Positions 25,730 to 33,479 of a stretch of 41,064 nucleotides of DNA are shown in pieces. The stretch's first letter is position 1, and every line of letters begins with the position of its first letter. The notes beneath the pieces were generated by a model. The model made no database searches. It was not told the DNA's origin and was given only the letters and a program-made list of their open reading frames with translations. The position numbers and the translations under genes are program-made. The DNA comes from Catajapyx aquilonaris (taxonomy: Eukaryota), in contig JYFJ02003473.1 in the NCBI GenBank assembly GCA_000934665.2, positions 1 to 41,064 on the forward strand, given 5' to 3'.

Positions 25730-27254
25730 TTCTTTTATCAAAAAAATGAGATAGTTGGCTAGATATTACGATGTGCTTCTCCTTCTCGAGTGTGCATCTC
25801 TGATCGCATGCGCCCATTTTGTACGCACTTAATCGTGGTGTGCACAGTATGTGGCGTCGGGCTCGGTTAAACACACACATACACAGACGGCTTTGTTTGT
25901 GTTTCTTTATATTGTGCGGTTACACTTTTGATGATATTAGAGCGGATGAAACAAGGGGCGGGACGCAGATTGGGGCTCGGAGACCTATTCATAGATCAGG
26001 CAGGATGATATTGGACACCCAAGGAAGAAAGAGGGGCGTCGGACTGCCGGACCTTGCTTAGTGGATAGCCGCCGCTCCAGCTCTGAACAAATCGCCGATT
26101 TTGACCGCTCTGCACTGCTTCATCAGGAGGGGTACCATGCAGAGGTCTGCCATTTTGCATGGAGCCTGACCAAAGGCGTTTCTTCCTCTAACTTGACGCC
26201 ACAGGCAACTCTGGTACATTCCAAATGAGTACTTAGCGTCCAAGTTGACCAGTCGTTTTGCGCGTCCAGGCTTGACCCAATACCTCCCAACTCCCTATAC
26301 CTCTGAACCTTTGTTGCCTGGAGGGCAGTTCCACTGAATGGCACGGCTCGCTCTGTCGCAGAGAAATCGACGACCCGAGCGTTTTTTTTTTTCTTTCACT
26401 CTTCGAAAACCAATCTGGCGAATGCTGCAAGACCCAATTGATGAATCCGCTTTTGTACCTCGTTCGGGAGCGAGTATGAGACGGAATTTGTACCAATGCC
26501 CGGCGACTCGTTTCCTCTAATGGACGGAGGAGATGGTGCTGTGGAGCTGCCCTTGACAACCTATGGAGTTAGGGGAGGAAGCGCCGGGGAGAGAAGCAGG
26601 CTTCAACCGCCGGAGGGCCGATTCCACTCATTCACATTTCTCTTTCCAAGTTCATTTCTCTCTCACCTCTCACCGGGGATAACAAAAAACGACGTTAACT
26701 TATTTGTACCTCTCCGCAGTCTCTTGTCTTTGTATGTCTGTTTGCGTCATCCCCAAGTCACTATCCCAACGTCCCTCCGAAAGCGAGAAAAAACAACATC
26801 GATTTCTATGAGTGTTTTCGTCGTAGAATGTGCATGATTTAGTTTTTATTGGTGGTGTGCACGGTTGTGCTTAAACGGTTGGACTCGCATTGTTACTTCC
26901 TGGCTTTGTTCAGTCAGTTGGTGCTGTAAAGAGGCGGAAAAATGTTAGGTGTAACGATCTAGTCCGACCGATTGTGGCTGTGAGTGTCTTAATTTCTGAC
27001 AACCCCTGACCTACATGCCCAGGTGTTGTAATTACGAAGATTTTTGCCACTGCTTCCGTGGAAGCTTTCATGTGCGCCGTAAGTGATATCAGCCTTCGCC
27101 AAACCTCCAATTTTTGTCCCCCTTTACTGTCCTTTGTTTCCAACAACTACTTATATATGTGTGGCTCCAGTGTGCTTTGGATGTGTGGATGTGTGGCTCA
27201 ACCCCCCAGTGGAGAAATGTTTTGGAAAATCCACTGACAGGACTCTACTTTCAG

Positions 27255-27330
27255 TTGGATTTATCTTTGCAATCGGAGGAGGGGGGCGACCTCAGCAGCT
27301 TCATAACCAACGGAGAATGGGAGCTCATAG
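27255..27330 (+). CDS. nAChRalpha6: nAChR exon 6 (loop F)
   Basis: tactttcag| LDLSLQSEEGGDLSSFITNGEWELI(G) |gtgagt; 76 nt. Confidence 0.95.
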
Positions 27331-27568
27331 GTGAGTCCAAGGGTTCGTCTTAATATGTGTGTATCCCTGAGGTGCGACTTGCTGTTGGAGTGAACGCCTT
27401 GGTGAATGTGGACTCGCTCTGAAAGAAGACACACTTGTTGAAATCCACATTTAAAAAAAATAATTAACAAAAATTCTTTTGAACCATGTCACTCTTTCGA
27501 GCGAGACGTGAGTTTGGTTGTGGGCAGCCTTTGTTTTGACTCTTGGTCCCCATGACCTTCTCCATTAG

Positions 27569-27763
27569 GAATGCCCGGTAAGCGCAACGTCATCTACTAC
27601 CAGTGCTGCCCGGAGCCTTACGTGGACGTGACTTTTACCATCCACATTCGGCGGCGGACCCTGTACTACTTTTTTAACCTCATCGTCCCCTGCGTGCTCA
27701 TCTCATCCATGGCCCTGCTCGGCTTCACACTTCCGCCCGACTCTGGCGAGAAGCTGACGCTAG
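27569..27763 (+). CDS. nAChRalpha6: nAChR exon 7 (loop C with vicinal Cys-Cys, M1, start of M2)
   Basis: tccattag| [64 protein letters not shown](G) |gtaaat; 195 nt. YxCC marks an alpha subunit; GEK is the cation-selectivity motif. Confidence 0.97.
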
Positions 27764-28558
27764 GTAAATCGCCCCCAGCAGAGGTCGGTGCTGTCACTTT
27801 TCCTTATCATTCAGCCAACCAAAAATCAAGACTCTATATTTCAAAAAAAATTAAAATTAAAAAATGGCGCAGAGGCGATTTTGGTAACTATTTTTCAAAG
27901 TGTGTTTGTTGTGGCCACGGATGCAGTCGCGAAAGAAAGAAAAAAATAGCAAAATATTTTTTCCATGGCCCATAAGAGCAGCACTTGTAGTGGTTGTTGG
28001 GTGCTGTTCCCTCTGCTGCTGCGCAACTCGTCAGTAGTGTGTAGTGTGAGACACTAATACACACTTTTAGAAGTTTTGTAACCCTTGCAGCCAACACGAC
28101 CCAATGGCTGGGACACGCCCAGGGATCCACGACGCGAGCAAATTTTTAGCACTTGGCAAAATATGGGCACAGACGACAAAAGAAATTTGGGAGAGACAGA
28201 AAATGTATAGTCTTCCAACACGAGGCAGCATCTACACCGGGGGAAGACAAACCGGAGGACAAAAAAAATATATATTTCTATATATTTTTCAGTCGAGGGC
28301 ATTTATTACACAGCGTAGTTTACACCTTTTTTTGGGAGCCGGTAGTAGTACTAGTTTCAAATTTTTAATCCATCTTTTACGCAGGAAGAGTCGCCGTTTT
28401 TAGCTGGAACCGTTGTGCGGACCCCGTCAGACTACGTTTTTGGGGATTAAAAAAGAGGTTTTGTAGGACAAAAGAAAACACATGTGTTTTGTGATCGAGC
28501 ACAGCAAGGTTTCCCCCTCTCATTTTGCTCATCCACTTTGATCGTTTTGAATTTGCAG

Positions 28559-28645
28559 GAGTCACCATTCTGCTTTCCTTGACTGTGTTTCTCAACTTAG
28601 TTGCGGAAAAGATGCCCACCACTTCAGACGCGGTTCCGCTCATAG
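28559..28645 (+). CDS. nAChRalpha6: nAChR alternative exon 8a (M2 and M2-M3 linker)
   Basis: atttgcag| (G)VTILLSLTVFLNLVAEKMPTTSDAVPLI(G) |gtacgg; 87 nt; MPTTSDAVPLI resembles insect alpha6 exon 8a. Confidence 0.93.
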
Positions 28646-28724
28646 GTACGGCTCATACAAAAACCAAAAGAAAAAAAAGAGAGAAAAAAAGAAGTATGTA
28701 GATTTGATACCCCGGACAATGCTT

Positions 28725-28746
28725 TTGATACTTGGAGAAAGGGGGT
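28725..28746 (+). promoter_or_regulatory. Candidate selector sequence for exon 8a
   Basis: TTGATACTTGGAG (28725-28737) is the exact reverse complement of 31593-31605; GGGGGT (28741-28746) can add 6 bp with 31584-31589. Confidence 0.7.
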
Positions 28747-30142
28747 TTTTTGGTAGCACTTGTAGCTAGAGCAATTTTGGTTTTGATTTTTTGTCGGTAG
28801 GCAGTGTGCTTTTTGTGTTTGGTTTTTTGTGCCAGCCCCGATGCAACCGCACAATGTGTTTTTGTTACAAGCCCGCGACCAAGATTTTCAAATAATATAA
28901 AATGAGAAAAAAAAGCAAATATGTGACAGGAATCGCGCGATGACCCGAAGCGACGCTGCTGGGCGTGAGTGTGTATAAATGTGATTGGTGTGCGTGCGTG
29001 TCTGTTTTTGTGGGTATTTTTGCCTCCCGTTCCAGTTGTGTACACGTGCACGGTGGAGCCGACTACGTAACCGCTGCCTTCTTCTCCCCTTTATCTTCCC
29101 ACCAATGGTGAAGTATCATGGCTGCCAGAAGTGGGGTGTGGTGGGGTGTGGGACTCTATGTCTCGCTCTTGCAAAAAGAAAATGGAGAAAAAACATATAT
29201 AAGCGAATCCCTCCACGGTCTGTAGAGATGGACGTCGGTTGGAGGACACTCACAAAATGCATTAGTTGCATTGGTATCTAAACTGCTGGTCATATATGTG
29301 CAAAAAAGAATGGTTCTGACATAAAAATTGCAAGATTTTGGGTCAATTATGCCAGCCAGTTCAGATTGTTTATGGAAGCTAACAAAATCTCAGGTAAGCA
29401 TTTATAAATACGTGCAGTAGTACCAATATGACATAATTTTTATATCTTTGTGCTTTGTATATTTTTCCGAGCAGGTGGTGTGTTTAAATTCGCAACAAGT
29501 TTAATAATACCGAGCAATTTTTAGAGGTCTGCTTCACGACATCGTACACTGAGCAAAAAAGTTGAAAAAATATTTTTGACTCTGCTGCTAACAAACTGCT
29601 TGGTAAAATAAATGGACGAAAATTTTTCCCCCATTTTTCCCACCCTTCCTTGAGAGGTGTCCAGCTGAGGCTACAATATTGTGCCCCTACCTGCTACCTC
29701 ATTGCCCATGGGCCGATCAACATGATTTGCTGTCGACACAGTTCAGTCCTCTGCCAGAAATTTCAACCTCCCTTTAATGAGCCCCTGGGCTGCACGAAAC
29801 TTTGCCATTAGCCTGTGGAACAAGTATACGATCTGATGATGGGTTCCTATTGTTAATTTTGGCCAAGACGCATGGCCTTGTTTATAGAGTTGAAGAATTG
29901 GCCTCAAATTTTGTCATTTTTATGTCGACGTTATGCACGAATTGGGCCAGTGTTTTAGCTGCTACCGATACAACTCAATGTAGTGTTAACTGCCCTTGAC
30001 TGCCCCAAATCCATTCCTAGAGACCGTGTCGCTCCCTCCGTCCGTCACCCCCCCCCCCCNCTCTCTGTCACACACACCCCCACCCCCCCTGCAGACACCA
30101 TGCAACAGAGCCAGCTAAGCCTTTGCACTCTCTCAATTTCAG

Positions 30143-30229
30143 GCGTCACCATCTTACTTTCGCTGACCGTGTTCCTGAACCTCGTGGCCGAGACCCTCCC
30201 CCAAGTGTCCGATGCCATCCCGTTGTTAG
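30143..30229 (+). CDS. nAChRalpha6: nAChR alternative exon 8b
   Basis: aatttcag| (G)VTILLSLTVFLNLVAETLPQVSDAIPLL(G) |gtagag; 87 nt; matches insect alpha6 exon 8b as I recall it. Confidence 0.95.
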
Positions 30230-30298
30230 GTAGAGGACCCTGTTTGCCGCTGTGTCGCTCTTGGCGTTTCGTTTCCCCCTCACTCCACACCAACTGTG

Positions 30299-30320
30299 TG
30301 ATACTTGGATTGCTGGAGGG
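30299..30320 (+). promoter_or_regulatory. Candidate selector sequence for exon 8b
   Basis: TGATACTTGGA (30299-30309) pairs with 31594-31604 and TGGAGGG (30314-30320) pairs with CCCTCCA (31585-31591): 18 Watson-Crick pairs. Confidence 0.7.
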
Positions 30321-30428
30321 ACGAGATCGGATAGCCCTGGATTATATAGCACTTCCTTATTATTATTATACTGTTCAAACTGAGAATAGAGAGAGAGCTC
30401 TCATATTATAGCTCTCTCTGCTGAGCAC

Positions 30429-30451
30429 TATTATTATTATTATTATTACAC

Positions 30452-30485
<34 letters not shown>
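30429..30485. repeat. Compound (TAT)n/(CTA)n microsatellite between exons 8b and 8c
   Basis: About 6 TAT units followed by about 11 CTA units. Confidence 0.95.
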
Positions 30486-30489
<4 letters not shown>

Positions 30490-30558
30490 TTACCTACTTT
30501 GATTGAGAGGAGTTTTTTGCCGCTCTTTTCAAACTTGGCTGCATTTTGTTCGTTCCAG

Positions 30559-30645
30559 GTGTTACAATCCTGCTGTCTATGACAGTTTTCTCCCACCTGG
30601 TGGCAGAGGTCTTGCCCCAGTCTTCCGACGCTATCCCCCTTATAG
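30559..30645 (+). CDS. nAChRalpha6: nAChR alternative exon 8c (divergent M2)
   Basis: cgttccag| (G)VTILLSMTVFSHLVAEVLPQSSDAIPLI(G) |gttagg; 87 nt, open, same phases as 8a and 8b; not represented in this frame in the ORF track. Confidence 0.9.
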
Positions 30646-31583
30646 GTTAGGATGATTTTCTGGCCTTGGTTTTCACGACCTGTGACTGTATATTTACCGC
30701 ACGGAACCTGCATTTTGCAAACATACGGGATCTTATCTCACTCAGCATTATGTACTATACTTATATACATACTTATTATTATTACTTACCTACTATATAT
30801 TTATTAGAGTATATATATACCAGCACAGACGCCTATATATATATACCCACCGGAAACCTAGGTTTCCTTTTCGAGTTTGGTTACTCACTTAGGCAAGATT
30901 CCATTTTTAAACCTGTTGTTTGCAGCATGAGGCAGTAGGTTCCAGCATGTTTTCGAACGATGCGAACTTGGTCCGTAAGCTTACGTTTTTCCTTTTTCCA
31001 CGTCTCGACCTTGGCTTCGACTTCTTCGAGCATGAAGAACGGTCTGGCTTCCTTGTTTCTTTCCAAATACCAAGCCCCCAACAGCCCCATGCCCCCCTTA
31101 TATGAGAAAAAAAATTTACCAAAAAAATAAACCTATCGACTGGCCCGCCAATATTCTCTCTCTCGCTCTCATTCTTATGTCTATATTTTTTCTATCTTTC
31201 TCTATTTCTCTAACCCAGCTTGCCCGCCGAAGAGCCGCGCGGCTGCCGCATCCAAAACAAAAAATACCCCAAAACCCCAAAAAAGAGAAAAAAAAATTGT
31301 GCCCCCCTTACCCCCCCACAAGCCCCCTCTTTTTCTATCTTCTCTGTCTTTTTTCTCTCGAATCTTTGCCTTCGATCTCTTTGCTGTCGCTCCAGTTTTT
31401 TCACATTTTTGATCGTACATCCATTTTACAGGAGCCATCGCTGGAGGATTACGGGAAATGGGAAGATTTTTCGCTCTTACCGACAGGATTTTACACAGCG
31501 AAGGCCTTTTTTTGAAGCCACGAGTAGCGAATAATTTTAGCTACTGGTAGTTTATAGATGACACTAGTAAAATTTTTCGCACC

Positions 31584-31605
31584 ACCCTCCACCTCCAAGT
31601 ATCAA
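31584..31605 (+). promoter_or_regulatory. Candidate docking site for mutually exclusive exon 8 splicing
   Basis: ACCCTCCACCTCCAAGTATCAA is complementary to both selectors through the same core TCCAAGTATCA. Confidence 0.7.
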
Positions 31606-32491
31606 CTGACTCTGTCCCTTTTCGTGTCTTTGTTAGTCATCTACCTATATACGTTCTTTATTTATTTACTTTGTTTGTTCTTTCCTTGTAAGGCATGGAT
31701 TTTGAGTATCGGCAATTTTAATCTGTCCAGTACTTAGAGAACGACTTGATATCTGGGTAAGTGTAGATTTGCATTTGTTCCGAGGAGAGACTAGTCGACA
31801 TCCACAGAATGCAAGCGACACACCAAAAAAAAAAGTATAATAAATGGGGGGGATAATATTACATTTTTCGGACAAACCAAGTTTTTAAAAATATATTTTT
31901 TTAAAAATAATTATATACATACTGCAGGAGTGATCGTGTCGCCAGCAAGCGTCCCGTGTGAAAGGTTATGCATGTGATGATATAATTGTTTACATATATA
32001 TTTTTTTCTCAATGAAATATGTTCTTTGCGTGTCTGTTTATTATTTCTTTGTTTGCGCTCGCCACAGGGGAGCCGCTGCATATGCTGCACTCAATAACCA
32101 ACCGGCTAATTATTTGTTTCTATGGGGGAGTGGGGTGAAAATTTTATGACTGCGTTGCAATGAGAGGGAGCTAACAAAAAAAGTGCTTGTATTTTTTACT
32201 TCTTGCATGTTGTGATTTCTCGGCGATGGAAAAGACGGTAATTTGCACACTGAGTCTTTCTTTGCCGATAGCTAAAATGATGTAAAGCAATGATTGTTCC
32301 AAAAGTACATTTTCTTAATAAAAACATAATGTTGGTGCTAAAAATTGGAAGAAAAAAAAGAACAAAATTGAGCAGATAAATGATGCTTTTTTGCGTAGAG
32401 AGATAGTTATTTTCGACGCAATGTGTTGTATAATCCTGTTGGTACGACGGAAATCAGTTGCACCCGATCTCACAGTGCCGGCAATTTCCAG

Positions 32492-32601
32492 GCACTTATT
32501 TCAACTGCATCATGTTCATGGTAGCGTCGTCGGTGGTACTGACGGTCGTTGTGCTCAACTATCATCACAGAACGGCTACCATGCACGAAATGCCTCCATG
32601 G
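32492..32601 (+). CDS. nAChRalpha6: nAChR exon 9 (M3)
   Basis: aatttccag| (G)[36 protein letters not shown] |gtgagt; 110 nt. Confidence 0.96.
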
Positions 32602-32779
32602 GTGAGTCTAATTCCTTATAGTCACGAACGGCATCCTTCCACCTCCGCTTTGTTTCATCCTGGCATGATGCAACCCAACGAACACGCTTTGTATTTGCTC
32701 ACTCTTGAAGAGTAAACATCATTGTCTGTTGTGAGTGTCTTTTATAGTCTAGTAATGTTGTCGCCTCTTCTTCCTCCAG

Positions 32780-33247
32780 GTGAAAAGCTTGTTCCTGCAG
32801 TGGCTGCCGTGGATCCTTCGTATGAGCCGGCCGGGCAAAAAGATAACGCGCAAGACCATCATGATGAACCACAAGATGAAGGAGCTGGAGCTGAAGGAGA
32901 GGTCGTCCAAGAGCCTGCTGGCCAACGTGCTGGACATGGACGACGACTTCCGACAGACGGCGGCGTCCAACACTTCCGGCTTCTTCCGCAACTCATCTTC
33001 CGTGGAGGACACGTCGCATGGTCTGTCACCCTGCGCCGCAACCCAACGCGAGCTGCAGGGTATTCTCCGGGAGCTCAAGTTCATCACGGGTCGCATCAGG
33101 AAGGACGACGACGAGTCGGAGGTCATCGGTGACTGGAAGTTCGCCGCCATGGTGGTAGACCGGTTCTGCCTCATTGTCTTCACCCTCTTCACCCTCATCG
33201 CCACGTTGGCCGTGCTCTTCTCGGCGCCGCACATTATCGTCCAATAG
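32780..33247 (+). CDS. nAChRalpha6: nAChR terminal coding exon (cytoplasmic loop, MA helix, M4, stop)
   Basis: ttcctccag| VKSLFLQWLPWILRMSRPG...ERSSKSLLANVLDMDDDFR...DWKFAAMVVDRFCLIVFTLFTLIATLAVLFSAPHIIVQ TAG; alpha7-family motifs; all exon phases from exon 2 join in frame. Confidence 0.97.
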   Translation: MKSLFLQWLPWILRMSRPGKKITRKTIMMNHKMKELELKERSSKSLLANVLDMDDDFRQTAASNTSGFFRNSSSVEDTSHGLSPCAATQRELQGILRELKFITGRIRKDDDESEVIGDWKFAAMVVDRFCLIVFTLFTLIATLAVLFSAPHIIVQ

Positions 33248-33462
33248 GAGTGCGGGAGAGAGAGAATCCCGATTATCCGGACGGTTCGGATCATCCGGAA
33301 GAGGAAAGTGCGCACCTGCGGACGGTGCTACTTGCTGGTACACTCACTTCACACGCACGCACGCACACTATCAATCTGACTCTATCCGGGGACATTATGA
33401 CGGTGTGGAAGACGATGGCCGGCGGGACCGGTGCATGGCGTCGTTCCAGCCCGAAAAAAATT

Positions 33463-33479
33463 AATAAAACCAAAATAAA
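33463..33479 (+). terminator. Two candidate proximal polyadenylation signals
   Basis: AATAAA at 33463 and 33474, ~220 nt after the stop; the true 3' end could lie further downstream. Confidence 0.35.

Noticed and set aside
27764..28558. Upstream (bidirectional) docking site in intron 7, e.g. TGCAGCCAA versus TTGGCTGCA at 30535, or GGTAGTAGTA versus the CTA repeat
   Set aside because: Only 9-10 bp and not convincingly shared by both 8b and 8c; indistinguishable from chance by eye.
30271..30283. GTTTCCCCCTC shared with the region upstream of 8a (28509), considered as a distant branch point sterically blocking 8b-8c splicing
   Set aside because: Many AG dinucleotides lie between it and the 8c acceptor, so there is no AG-exclusion zone.
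30375..30713. Minus-strand poly-Val/Ile membrane-protein-like ORF
   Set aside because: Translation artefact of the (TAT)n(CTA)n microsatellite.
30646..32491. A fourth exon 8 (candidate acceptors near 31431 and 31927)
   Set aside because: Translations show no VTILLS-like M2 similarity.
32749..33315. 188-aa minus-strand ORF and other overlapping ORFs
   Set aside because: Antisense and alternative-frame shadows of the GC-rich nAChR terminal exon.
33245..33379. Stop-codon readthrough extension after the nAChR TAG, with a small downstream hairpin
   Set aside because: TAG-G is not a leaky context and no conservation evidence is available.
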